DNA of 64,000 nucleotides, from NCBI GenBank assembly GCA_963745075.1, contig CAVUWV010000008.1, positions 192,001 through 256,000 of the forward strand, given 5' to 3'. The position numbers and the translations under genes were made by a program. Position 1 is the stretch's first letter. Each line of letters starts with the position of its first letter. The stretch is from Candidatus Hydrogenedentota bacterium. Its GTDB lineage: Bacteria; Hydrogenedentota; Hydrogenedentia; Hydrogenedentales; SLHB01. Of the stretch, positions 30,248 to 41,392 are shown piece after piece. The notes beneath the pieces were generated by a model. The model was not told the DNA's origin. It did no database searches and saw nothing but the letters and a program-made list of their open reading frames with translations.

Positions 30248-31135
30248 ATGACAGGTGCCAAAATCGCTATTGCCGCCATTATTGCGCTCGGCGTGGGCCT
30301 CGCCGGAGGCATGTACACCGTACAGGCCCGCTTGAGTCCACAACTGGACCAGCTCGCTCAGGAGCGGGAAGTCGCCCTTGCAAAGGCCGCTGAATTGCGT
30401 AAGTCCGCGTCCGATACGCTCGCGTTGAAACAAGAAAATGCCCGGCTGCGGGACGAACTCGAGCAACTGCGGGAACAGCCGAAACCTTCCGCCGACACGG
30501 CGCAGGCGCCCGATGAAGCGACCGAAGCGCCATCGTTCAACCTCGAAGAGGCAACCGACGCCCTTTCGGCTGCCCTCCAATCCGGCAACCGGGACCGGGG
30601 CCGCGGCTGGGGCGACCGGGAACCGCCAAAAGAGGGCACGCCCGAATACGAGGCGTGGCAGAAACGGCGCGAAGAATGGCAGAAGGAACGGGAGCAGCGG
30701 TCTGCGGAGTTTCGCGGCCGTATGCAGGGCTTCTTTGACGAAGCCATGCAGAAAACAAACGACCCGGCAGCGCAAAATCGAATCGCCGCCATCAACGAAT
30801 ACACCAATTATACGATGGACCTCATGCGCGCCATGCACGACGCGGGCACGGACGAAGAGCGGGATCAAATCCGCCAGGATCTCGCCATCACGTTTGACGA
30901 AACTCGGTCCCTGGTCCGCGATCAACAGAATTACCTCATCAGCGAGACCCTCAAAGAGAACGGCGTCACCAACCCGCAGCAACAGCAGGCGCTGGTCGGC
31001 GCGGTCCGTGAGACGATGGAGGATCCGTTCTTCCGCATGCCCGGCGGCGGCGGCGGTCCGCCTGTGTGGGGCTGGGGCGGCGACCGCGGCCGTGGCGGGT
31101 CACGCGGTGGCGACCGCGGCGGTAACGGCGGATAG
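30248..31135 (+). CDS. Hypothetical membrane-anchored coiled-coil protein with Gly/Arg-rich tail
   Basis: GGAGG RBS, N-terminal TM, heptad-rich segment and C-terminal GGDRG repeats. Confidence 0.7.
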   Translation: MTGAKIAIAAIIALGVGLAGGMYTVQARLSPQLDQLAQEREVALAKAAELRKSASDTLALKQENARLRDELEQLREQPKPSADTAQAPDEATEAPSFNLEEATDALSAALQSGNRDRGRGWGDREPPKEGTPEYEAWQKRREEWQKEREQRSAEFRGRMQGFFDEAMQKTNDPAAQNRIAAINEYTNYTMDLMRAMHDAGTDEERDQIRQDLAITFDETRSLVRDQQNYLISETLKENGVTNPQQQQALVGAVRETMEDPFFRMPGGGGGPPVWGWGGDRGRGGSRGGDRGGNGG

Positions 31136-31164
31136 GCTTCCGAATTCTTTGTCGGAGGCGTCGG

Positions 31165-34100
31165 CTATTTCGACTGCATACGAAGTGTCACGGACACGGG
31201 AGTCTCGTCTTCCGGAACGGTGCAGAAGGCGCTGCCATATAACTCTACCCGGCCCGACGAGTTCGACAGCCACGCAAAGACCGTATATTCGCCCGGCGGC
31301 ACCGCGGAAAATGCAAACGCCCCGGGGCCCCGCACCATGGTACCTGCAATGGAATCTTGCGACACGGCAAGGACGGTTTCGAGGGTCACTTCGCCGAGAT
31401 CAACGATACCCTTGAGGAGCGCGATGGGGAGTTGCCGGTCCGCGGGTACGCCGCTTACCGTCCCGCGAACTGTCCCGCGCGCATCAAAGTTGATGTCGCG
31501 ATAAACCGCTTCGCCGGGAGTGATTTCAAACTCCAGAGTCTGGCTCACGCTGGAGAACGGCGCTTGGGTGACGACTGAAGTCCGCAACGTAGCGTGGCCC
31601 GCAGCGAGGGGGGCGATTACGTAGGACCCGTCCTCCGCGACTTGCGCCATGTGTGTCTGTTTCCCCTCGGGCGATTCCAGCGTGAGGAGGACAAAGCCCT
31701 GCGAAATGGGTTCGCCATGGACGAGTACGCGCCCCTCAACCGAGGATTCCTCGGGCGGAAGATCGAGCAACACCTCGGTTTCCACACCGGATTCGACGGC
31801 AATTCGTTGGGTCAGATTTCGTCCCATGGGACTAACGACGTTTGGCTTGCCAATGGTTACGGAGACGTTGTACTCCCCTTCGGGCACGTCGTTGAAACGG
31901 AATACCCCATCCTCCTTGATGCGACGGTTCGGCGAGCCAAACGCGGCAGCTTCCGCCGAGAGCATTTTGACCGGCATGAGGCTGACCTGCGCATCCGAAG
32001 GAACTTGGCCTTCAGCCAGAACACGCCCCGCCACGGTGCCCATGTTGTTTCGCAGCACGATTTCTATTGTGGGCGTTGCCGCATCGTAGAACGCGGCGCC
32101 AACGCCGGATTCGGCGTGCCACGCGGCGATGCTGCCCCGGTCTTTTTCGAGACTTTGCAAGCGAAACCGGCCATTTGCGTCCGTCTTTGCCAAGGCTTGT
32201 GTCTCGCGCGACGCTGCGTCCGCCGGTACGCGTTTCGAAAATACGAGGGCTCCTTCGACAGGCGTTCCATCCTCGCCGACGACGGTTCCTTCCACGGCAA
32301 GGCCGCGTTCAAGGCGCGCCTCCACCCCAGCGACCTCGCGGCCCGGAAGCACCGTTACCGGGGTGCCGGTTTCCTTGTACCCCTCGGCGGAGACTAGTAC
32401 TTCGTTTTCCCCAGCATCGGCGCCTTCCACACGGAACCGGCCTTCGTCGTTTTCCACGAGCACAGGCTGATTGTCCCCCTTCTGCATACGGACCGAGAAG
32501 CGTGTGACCGGCATGCCGGTATCCGCATACCGCACTTGTCCGATACGGTTCCCCGGTGTTCGAGAACGATGTCAAAGGGCCGTTTGACGGGATCCGCAAG
32601 GAATCCAAATAGCGCGGAATAGTCCGCATGCTCGACGCGAAGAGGAAGTAGGTGACCGGCGTAGAACCCGGGCAAACTGTAGCTCCCGTCCGGCAGCGAC
32701 TGAGCCTTGATGCCGTCCCGCTTGTTCCCCAGTTCACTCGCATAGAACGGTTGCGCCCGCGATGTTTTCCGAGGGAGTCCCGAACATGCCCGGCAAGCGT
32801 CCACTCACCTTCGGTGGCCGCAGACAGCAGCTGGTTCGGAGCCCGAAGATGAAATCCGCTGACGTGTTGGTCCCAAGTAACCTCGATACGCTTCAGGACC
32901 ATGCCTCTCGTGGGGCGCCCAGCCGTACGACTGCTCGTCTTCCCCGGGTTTCCGGGGGTTCCAGGCAAGATCGTATTCGCCCTCGGCCAACAGCCGGAAG
33001 CACGAAATCTCCGTTTTCATCCGTCTTGCCGTATCGCGATCCCAAATAGTCACTTGCAGTGGACCGCGCCATGACATTCACTTCGGCGAGCGGTTGACCG
33101 AGATGATCGGACAGGGTTCCGGAAACACTTGCTCCGTGCCGAAGCACCAGCCGGACGTTATGCAAGCCGTCTTCGGGCATAGCCAACGGTCCGGCGATTT
33201 TGCTAACGTAGCGCTTCGCGGTCCGGCGGCAAGCGCTTTGGTTGTTCCATCCGGTTCCGTTCGCACGGACGTATGGATGTCCTTACCTTTCGATGCGAAC
33301 AGCATCACCTCGTCGGTCACCGGGAACCCACCCGCTTTGAACCATCCGTTCGCTGCGGTTTGCGCATTCAAATAGGTCGACGCCCCACGGAACACGATTT
33401 CCGCGTCCGCGACCGGATTCCCGGCGGTGTCGACAACGATTCCCGAAATGGTCTCGCCCACGATGGCCTCGAAGTCCGGCCCGGATTGGGCCGGGCGTCA
33501 GTGACTTCAAATAGTCGAATGGACTCGTTCTGCGCGAACCGTAGTTCGACTTCGTAGTCCTGTGTGTCACCGGGGTCTTGCGTGTTCCAGTAACTCGAAC
33601 ACAGTAGTTTGTACCGGCCCGGCGCCAATCCGGTGATACGATATCGTCCTTCCTCATCGGTTAATCACGGTTTCTTCGTCGCGAATAGCGGAACATGCCC
33701 GTGCCGTCGTCTGGCTGACTGACCAGAGCGTACGCCTTTCAACGGCCGGTCCGTGTCCTGCTCGCGGACGTACCCTTCGACGGTTGGTCCGGTGATTGCC
33801 GCGGGAAGCGCGGCTGCGGGTCAGGCGCAGGTGCGGGCGAGTCGTTGCGGTTCGGCCGTTCCGGTTCGGAAGTGGGGACCGAAGCCGCGGTGGCCGGGGT
33901 GTTCAGCGAAGATCGCCGGCAGTGTCAACGTCGGGCGTTTCGTGGAACGAAAGAGCTGCAATTCCCATGCCACCAATGACCAGTAACGCGGCGACGATCG
34001 CCGCAATTCCTTTCGCCGTCAACAGTCCGGCAGCAACGCCCGCGGCGGCATTGCTTGCGCCTGCGTAGACGGCGAGGTTCCCGAGGCTCGCCGTGAGGCC

Positions 34101-34688
34101 TGCGGGCACGGCGATCGCTTCGGCCAAGTTCGCCGCGAGCAGGGCGGTGAGCGCGGTAAGCGACACGTTCACGCCGCGTTTATCAAGGGTCGCGCGGACC
34201 GACTGCAAGGCGCGGTTGATCCGCTGCGAAACGGCGGAACGCGTCACACCTTCCGCGTCGGCGATGGCCTGTTGCGAGACCCCCTCGATAAAATGCGCGA
34301 CGATCGTGTCGCGTACATGGTCGGGCAGTTCGTTGATGGCGGCGTCGACGTGCTCGCGCAGATCGTTCCACGTGACTTCCGTCGTCGTGGGGGACTGCGC
34401 GGCAAAGCGATCTTCCCGCGCCCTGCGCGAGGAATCGCGGCGCATCCGGTCGATGGAAAGATTGACCGCGACCCGGTGCAGCCAGGCGCCCAGCGAACCC
34501 CGAATGGTAGTCGACGTGCGCGCTAGGCTAAGGAAGCACTCCTGCGTCACGTCTTCCGCGTCGGCGGCGTTGCGCAACATCCGCAACGCGGTGGCGTACA
34601 CCATGCCGGCGTATTGCTCGCACAACCCTCGGAACGCGTCCGCGTCCCGCCGTTCCAACCACGCCTGCGCCAATGCCTGCTCCGTCAT
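31165..34688 (-). CDS. ECF sigma-70 factor fused via TM to multiple carboxypeptidase-regulatory-like (Ig-like) domains; many frameshifts in 32530-33950
   Basis: Sigma r2 DAEDVTQECFL...WLHRVAVN, sigma r4 LPDHVR...SQQAIA...VSQRI, then a TM, then repeated (V/I)xGxV(V/R)D...TDxxGRF motifs across shifting frames. Confidence 0.75.
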
Positions 34689-34979
34689 CGCTTGCTCCTT
34701 GGATTACGATAGCATGTCCACGTCTGCAAGAAAGACGGAGAACGCCGGGGGATGTTAAGTCCGCCCGGGAAACTTTCCACGGATCGGCTGCGCGCATCGA
34801 AATTTCCACGTATGATGGTGGTGATCCATTAAGCGCCCGAGAGACAGCAGGGACATCAAGGACAGCAAAGACGACACGGAATACGAGAAAGTTGACCGTC
34901 TGCCAAGATGTCATCGAACGATTTCCATAGTGCCCGATGCCACGACTATTGGATTTGTCCCTGTGGTTCCTGCGGCCGC

Positions 34980-36536
34980 TTACGGCCCCTCGAATACGTG
35001 GGCAGGCATGGGCTTTGGTTCGCGCACGATGGGTTTGAATTTGGCCAAGGCCAGGATTTGCGATTCGATGTCGATTCCCGGCGCGACTTCGATCAATTCG
35101 AGCCCCTCTTCGATCAGCCGGAACACGGCGCGCTCCGTGATGTAGAGAATCTCCTGGTCGCTGAGCAGCGCGCGCTTCGCCGCGAACGAGATTTGCTCGA
35201 CGTGTTCGACGAACTTGGAATACTTGCCTTCCTGCACGATCTGTAACGTGCCGTTGGCCACCGCGACTTCCAGTCCGCCGGCCATGAAGGTCCCGCAAAA
35301 CACGACGCGCTTCGTCGATTGCGTGATGTTGACGAAGCCGCCCACGCCCGCCAGTTTGGGCCCGAACTTGGAGACGTTCACGTTGCCTTCGCCGTCGACT
35401 TCCGCGGCGCCGAGTAAGGCGATGTCGATGCCGCCGCCGTCGTAGAAGTCGAACTGGGCCGGCTGGCTCACGATGGCTTCGGGATAGTTGGAGGCGCCGA
35501 AACTCATAAATCCCGCCGGGATGCCGCCAAAGGGCCCACTTTCGACGGTCAGCGTGAACCGATCCAACGTGCCCTTTTCGGCGGCAATGCACGCCACGCC
35601 TTCGGGCATGCCGAAGCCCAGATTGACGATGTCGCCATCGCGGATTTCGTCGTAGGCGCGGGCCGCGATGATCCGGCGGTCGTCCATGGGCATAGGGGGC
35701 AATAGCGTTGCCACATCCAAATCCGGCGGCGCGGCGGAACAGTACGCCGGATTGAACTCTTCGCCGAAGGTTTGATCGTGTTCGTGTCCTTGAGCTACTA
35801 CGACCGCGTCCACAATCACACCGGGCACTTTGACGGATTGCGGCGGGGCGGCCTCCTCCCGAACGGTTTCCACCTGCGCGATTACGATCCCATCGTGATT
35901 GTGGGCCGCTTGCGCGATCGCCAGGATCTCGCCCGTGATCACTTCCCGGTCCATAGTGAGGTTGCCGCGCACATCCGACGAGGTCGCGCGAACCAAACCT
36001 ACGTGAATCGGGAAACTGTGGTACAGCAGCCAGGTTCGCCCGCCGATCTCGATGCGCTCGACGAGTCCTTCCGGCGTGCGATCGTTCAGGCGGCCACCTT
36101 TGTGAATGGGATCGATAAAGGTGTCGAGGCCCACGTGCGTGATACAGCCCGGACGCCCCGCGGCGATGTCGCGATAGAGTTGGCAGATGACGCCCTGGGG
36201 AATGTTGTAGGCTTCGATCTTGCCGTCGACGATCATGCGGCCTACACCCGGGGCGAGACCGAAGTGTCCCCCGATTATCCGGCGCACCATGCCGTCGTGT
36301 TCCACGTGGTTCAGGCCGCGGGTCTGAAAATCCCCCTGCCCGGCGGCATAGACCAGCGTCAGGTCCCGGGGATGGCCCTCGGCGAGAAACCGCCGTTCCA
36401 AGGCCGCCAGCAACCCTTCGGGGTGCGCGGCGCCGCCAAACCCGCCGACCGCAATTGTCACCCCGTCGGCTATCCGCGCGATGGCCTCGTCTGCGGAACA
36501 CACCTTTTCCATTTCGAGCGTCTGTGCGGATTGCAT
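34980..36536 (-). CDS. Acyl-CoA:acetate/propionate CoA-transferase (Pct/YdiF family)
   Basis: YAAGQGD, VGLDTFIDP, NLGFGMPE, catalytic VESG, GNVNVSKF and YITERAVF. Confidence 0.92.
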   Translation of the reverse strand: MQSAQTLEMEKVCSADEAIARIADGVTIAVGGFGGAAHPEGLLAALERRFLAEGHPRDLTLVYAAGQGDFQTRGLNHVEHDGMVRRIIGGHFGLAPGVGRMIVDGKIEAYNIPQGVICQLYRDIAAGRPGCITHVGLDTFIDPIHKGGRLNDRTPEGLVERIEIGGRTWLLYHSFPIHVGLVRATSSDVRGNLTMDREVITGEILAIAQAAHNHDGIVIAQVETVREEAAPPQSVKVPGVIVDAVVVAQGHEHDQTFGEEFNPAYCSAAPPDLDVATLLPPMPMDDRRIIAARAYDEIRDGDIVNLGFGMPEGVACIAAEKGTLDRFTLTVESGPFGGIPAGFMSFGASNYPEAIVSQPAQFDFYDGGGIDIALLGAAEVDGEGNVNVSKFGPKLAGVGGFVNITQSTKRVVFCGTFMAGGLEVAVANGTLQIVQEGKYSKFVEHVEQISFAAKRALLSDQEILYITERAVFRLIEEGLELIEVAPGIDIESQILALAKFKPIVREPKPMPAHVFEGP

Positions 36537-36633
36537 CGAACGTGCCCCCCTGAAGTACTGCTGCGCCGCGTACCATCTACGGCGACCCCCTTCTCGGTAT
36601 CATAAACCCTGCACAGGGAAAAGGTAAAGGTTC

Positions 36634-36661
36634 TAAAGTCTTCCCCTCTTCTTGCCGATAA
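36634..36661 (+). promoter_or_regulatory. Sigma28 (FliA/SigD)-type promoter
   Basis: TAAA-N16-GCCGATAA about 70 nt upstream of the ATG at 36734. Confidence 0.7.
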
Positions 36662-36733
36662 AGAGACTGGCGAATTGGGAATGGTTTTCTCACGGGAGAG
36701 TCATGCCTTGGCGTGACTCGGGGATGGACAACT

Positions 36734-38077
36734 ATGGGTACAGGCGCACTGCAATTTCACCCGCCGCCGTTGTTCCCGGGGCTGCCGGGGTTGAACAACG
36801 GCAACACGCAAGAACTTCTGGCCAAACTCCTTGGCATCGCTGCTCCGAAGCAACCAGGGAGTCCCGAATCCACCGAAACGACGGATACCGACGGGGTCGG
36901 CGACGACCAGTCACATGCCATCGGTCAACAGTTCGACGCGTTCGTGTACAAGTCACAGGTGGAGCGATTCTCGCTCTCGGCCGCGCTCCAGGAAGCCGCG
37001 GCGCGGATCAATGGCGAAAATGGCGACAGTGGCGCCGAAGCGCAAGTGGCCCAACTCTCATTTTCGTTCTTTGCGGAGTCCCGTACCGAGGAACTCGTCC
37101 GTTTCAGTCAGCGCACGCAGGACGTGGCGAACGGCCTCGACGGCTCGCAACGCGAATCGTATGTCGAAGCCAGCCGCAAGGTGGCGCAACGCTTCTCGTT
37201 GTCGCTAACCGTGACCGGCGGCGCCCTGAACGGCTTCTCCGGCGCGTCGGAAAAGTTGAGCGGAACGAACGGGCAAACGGCCATCGATCAACTGCTCGGT
37301 TTGACCAACGAAGCGTTGGCCAATTCGGACGAAACGCTGAACAAGATCTTTGATTTGCTGGACGCCTTCTTCTCGAATACAGATTCCGATTTCCAGGCGC
37401 GCTTCAACGATTTGCTTGCCGGGCTCCAGGAAACCGGACTGATCAAGAGCCCAAATACCGGACAGTCCGGCAGCGGCGGACAACAGATCCAGATTCAGCA
37501 ATCGAGTTTCAGCCTGCAACTCGAGTTCAGTTTCGAGTCGGTCGAAGTCACCAGTGTGAAACAAGGCGAGGTGAAGGAGTCCGATCCCATCACGCTGGAC
37601 CTCAACGGGAACGGCATCGAACTGACCAGTTACAGTAACGGCGCGCGCTTCGACATTCTCGGCAACGGCACAGCCGTGAACACGGCTTTCGTAACGGGCG
37701 GCGACGCATTCCTCACCCTGGATCGCAACGGGAACGGTATTGTCGACAGCGGCAAGGAGTTGTTTGGCGATCAGAACGGCGCGCGCAACGGATTTGAAGA
37801 ACTCCGCAAGCTGGACAGTAACGGTGACGGGGTAATCAACGCGCGCGACAAAGAGTTCAGCGCACTGCGCCTCTTCCGCGACAACGGCAACGGGATAACC
37901 GAAGCCGGCGAACTTATCTCCCTGGCCGATGCGGGAATCGAGTCCATCGATCTGAACTACACCAACGTCAACGAAAAGACTTCGGGCGGCAACCGCATCG
38001 GGCAAGTCGCCCAGTTCCGTTACGGGGATGGCCGCTACGGTCGCGCCGTCGACTCGATTTTGAATTACACCGCGTAA
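36734..38077 (+). CDS. Hypothetical protein with C-terminal DxNGxG Ca-binding domain (RTX-associated DPxxLDL type)
   Basis: DPITLDLNGNG, LDRNGNGIVDSGKELFG, LDSNGDGVINARD and DNGNGITEAGEL. Confidence 0.75.
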   Translation: MGTGALQFHPPPLFPGLPGLNNGNTQELLAKLLGIAAPKQPGSPESTETTDTDGVGDDQSHAIGQQFDAFVYKSQVERFSLSAALQEAAARINGENGDSGAEAQVAQLSFSFFAESRTEELVRFSQRTQDVANGLDGSQRESYVEASRKVAQRFSLSLTVTGGALNGFSGASEKLSGTNGQTAIDQLLGLTNEALANSDETLNKIFDLLDAFFSNTDSDFQARFNDLLAGLQETGLIKSPNTGQSGSGGQQIQIQQSSFSLQLEFSFESVEVTSVKQGEVKESDPITLDLNGNGIELTSYSNGARFDILGNGTAVNTAFVTGGDAFLTLDRNGNGIVDSGKELFGDQNGARNGFEELRKLDSNGDGVINARDKEFSALRLFRDNGNGITEAGELISLADAGIESIDLNYTNVNEKTSGGNRIGQVAQFRYGDGRYGRAVDSILNYTA

Positions 38078-38317
38078 TCTCAAAATGGTTGTCCCTATTT
38101 TTTGCGGCGGGCTCCATTGCGGTCTTGGTCAGCAATCAGAGTACGGTTGACGGTGAAGCATTGTGGCACGACGGCACCGTTGAGGTGGAAGCGTAAACGA
38201 CACGAATCCGAATACAATCCACATTCGCGCGGTAACAATCCGTTTGTGTTTGTTCGATTACGATTACGAGTACGAGAGGATGAACCGAGACGATTGTATC
38301 GACCTAGCGCGGAGGGG

Positions 38318-40427
38318 CTACGACCGGTAGCTGTAGACCCAGTATGTGTACTCATCCCACGTCGTGCCGTCGTCGGCGGTGAGCGTGATGGTGAGGTGCT
38401 CCTTCCCTGCGGTCAGGCTGCCGGGAATTTCAAAGTCCGTGTCGCGCCAGGTAGCGCGAGCGTGCCCGGCGGGGATGTACCAGGAGCCGGCGTCTTCGCC
38501 ATTCACGCGCACGCGAACGCGTTGCGTTTTGGTCAGAACGGGTTCGGGTCGTCCACCGCCTAAGGGGCCCTTCGCGCCGAAGGCATAGTACGAGCGGCGT
38601 CGCAGTTTTACGCCTGCGTTGTTGGGATCTACGTTCACAGTAAAAGAACTCGTACCGGTCCACGCGCGGCCGGAATCTTTGAAGGCATGGTCGCGGTCGC
38701 GCGGTGCATCGTCCAGCAACGTAAGCTGGTAGGCGCCTTCGTACGGCAGCACATATGCCGCCTCTTCCGTCGCACCTTTGCACGCATATGCATGAGCCTG
38801 TTCCGACGCCGCATCGCCCACGTCCAATTCATCCGTGAGCGTCAACGCAGGTTCGTCCCGCTGGTAGAAGAACGCGGTCCCAGAGTAGTGCGCGGGGATG
38901 CGTCCATTCGGACCGTGCTCGAGGTCGAAACGGAAGGACCGGTAGTACGGCGCAACGCCCCCGACGTGAAACCGGTACATAACGGTGTAGTCTTCCCGGC
39001 AGCGCACGTGCAAGGGATAGCCGTGGGTCGGGTACGAAAACACGGCGTCGTGTTTCTTCAGGTCGTACCACCCCCAATTAAAATACTCCTCAGTCCCCGT
39101 GCTGGCGACGAGCGGGGTGCGGTTGCCGTCGGTGTAGTACCGGGCGTCGCCTTCCAGGTATCCCCGGTGCGGCAACTGGTTGGACGGACGGCTGAAGTGC
39201 ACGCTGCTGAACGTCATCACGCAGCCCACGTAGTGGCCGCGCCCGCGCGTGTCGAGCACGCAATAGTCTTCACCGTCACGGAGCGGTGTCTCGCTGCGCC
39301 ATTGCGCGTTGAAGTAGCAGGCAGTTTCCGGATAGGCCTTCTCCGTTCGCGTCACGGCGTACTCGACCTCGATGGTGTCGGTGTCCGATTCATTGAGTAA
39401 TTCAATCCGCGCCGACTTCCAATACGGCATGGGGAAGTTGCAGTACAGCCAACCGTCTTCGTCCTGCCCGACATAAAGGCTTTCGGGACGCACGGTACCC
39501 GCCACGTAACGCTCGGTGTCGAAGGGCTGAAGGTCCGGACTCTCGAGTGCCTTCACCGCGCGTGGACACCCGAGCGCGAAAAACGTGCTCACCGGCGAAT
39601 CGACGTGCGGCACCTCCCGGCCGTCCCAATACGCGCGCAATACGAGGTCCGCAGCCGGTTGGATTGCCCCATTCTTAAACCGAAGTCGAAGCCCCGTGAT
39701 CGCGCCCGCGCCTGCAACGTCAACAATGGAAGCCGTGCCCGCCAGTGCGATGGAAAGCGACCCGGACTCGGTCTTACCCTTTGGTTTGGGTTGGTGCGCG
39801 GGGTCGGTCCACCACGGCTTTGCATCGTCGAGATTCTGTGCCGGATCGAAGGAACGTCACGGCCGTACCCGACGCGAACTTATGCGCGAAGACATTTAGA
39901 AAGTGTGGTTTCTCCATCTCCGTCGTCGTGAGCTTGCAGCCGTGCGCGAACGGAATCGGTACGTACGACCACGACGAGCCGTGGGCAACGTCTTCATCCG
40001 CCACAAACGGCGGCACGAAGGGCGGTGTCTTGCCCGCGTAGAGATCCTTGAATGAGATCGTGTAAGAGGGTTCCTTCGCGCCATCGAGATAGACGCGCAG
40101 ATCGCCCTTGTGCAGAATCGTCCGCAGGACGTAGACGCACCCCGGCCCATCTTCGTCGAACAGCACCCATTCGTCGCCGTCCTTGTAGAGATACGAGTAG
40201 GCCGCATTAAACCCGTCGTCGTTGTCGCCGGTCACGTCGTGGCTGTCCGTTCCGACCAGCCAAACCCCTTGCCGTGCCAGCGGCAAGCCGTCCGGCGAAA
40301 CCAACGCCGCACGCCCCTCTTCAGCGTTTGACATGACACATCCTCCCCAAGCGACCAGGCAAAGCACCAAAGCAAATGCCGGTATGTTTCGACGAAGTTT
40401 TCCGTTCTGCATCGCGTTCATCGTCAT
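38318..40427 (-). CDS. DUF2961 / GH172-like protein (probable lipoprotein), one +1 frameshift near 39853
   Basis: LFDEDGPGCV, LRAYWDG, NFPMPY, GRGHYVG, YLEGD, TGTEEYFNWGW and EHG; frames join at VT-SFDP. Confidence 0.8.
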
Positions 40428-40511
40428 TCTCCCCGCGTTGTCCCTGTTCCCCACGGAAATCGTGACTTATCGTAGGCGGGGCGGAAACACCGATCAATAG
40501 CGGTCAACAAT

Positions 40512-40599
40512 GTAGACGCGGCTTCCAGCCGCGTTAGCTCTTTCTGCCATCAGAACAGATTGAAGTTTAGGATTTAACGCGGCTGGAAGCCGCGTCTAC
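40512..40599. repeat. GTAG-type REP doublet (REPIN-like)
   Basis: gtagacgcggcttccagccgcgtta at 40512-40536 and its exact reverse complement at 40575-40599. Confidence 0.9.
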
Positions 40600-40713
40600 T
40601 CTGGACTGCGCGCGGAACTAGGTTTCAAGGATAAGCGTACGAACCACAGATTTCCCCCGGAATCGACATCGGCGGCGTGGTCGTTATAAGATGGGCAGAC
40701 AAGGAGGTCCGAC

Positions 40714-41187
40714 ATGAGCCAAATCCCCCTGGAAGTCCTGGGTGTGAGCATGGATAGCCACCATCAGCCGGTCGTGATCCTGCGCCATGAGGATCGCGTA
40801 CTGCCCATCGTCGTGGGGTTGCCGGAAGCGGAAGCGATCCATGCGGCCCTCATCAACCGCGACCTGGGCCGTCCCATGACCCACGACCTCATCTGCAACC
40901 TGTTGGCCGGACTTCGCGGCGAGTTGCAGTCGGTGACCATCTACAAACTCGAAAACGAGACCTTCTACGCCCACCTGAACATCGAGCAGCGCAGCGTGGA
41001 CGGGCAAGTCGAACAGGTCCTTCGCGTGGATTCGCGTCCCAGCGACGGGATCGCCATCGCCTGCCGCACGGAATCGCCGATTTTTGTGACGCAGACGGTT
41101 ATGGACGTGGCGTCGCAGGATATGTCCATCCTCGGTACCGGGGAAGAACCGGACGAAGAAGGCGAAGAGCCCGATTTTGACGCGTAG
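40714..41187 (+). CDS. Bifunctional nuclease (DUF151/BFN)
   Basis: LPIVVGLPEAEAI, RPMTHDL, FYAHL and VDSRPSDGIAIA. Confidence 0.93.
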   Translation: MSQIPLEVLGVSMDSHHQPVVILRHEDRVLPIVVGLPEAEAIHAALINRDLGRPMTHDLICNLLAGLRGELQSVTIYKLENETFYAHLNIEQRSVDGQVEQVLRVDSRPSDGIAIACRTESPIFVTQTVMDVASQDMSILGTGEEPDEEGEEPDFDA

Positions 41188-41280
41188 TCCGGATGCGCGG
41201 TCGCCGTCATGGACTTGCGGTTCTCTCAGAATCGATAAGTTGCGTATTCACAGGAACTGGACCGCACTGTATATTCTCTG

Positions 41281-41320
41281 GATCGGATGGATCGGTCCGA
41301 TCGGTCGGATCCGTCCGATC
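41281..41320. repeat. Dispersed 9-bp-periodic repeat, copy 2
   Basis: Reverse complement shares 21 identical nt with 10072-10092. Confidence 0.75.
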
Positions 41321-41392
41321 TCAATTGAAGTTTTCGAGGCCGCGCAGGGACGACGCTGCTAGGAGTGACATAGTCTTGGGGAGAGCAGTCCA

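Noticed and set aside
38080..38200. Possible RAYT transposase remnant or REP end (aaaatggttgtccctatttt)
   Set aside because: Too short and no HUH/Tyr motif visible; cannot be supported
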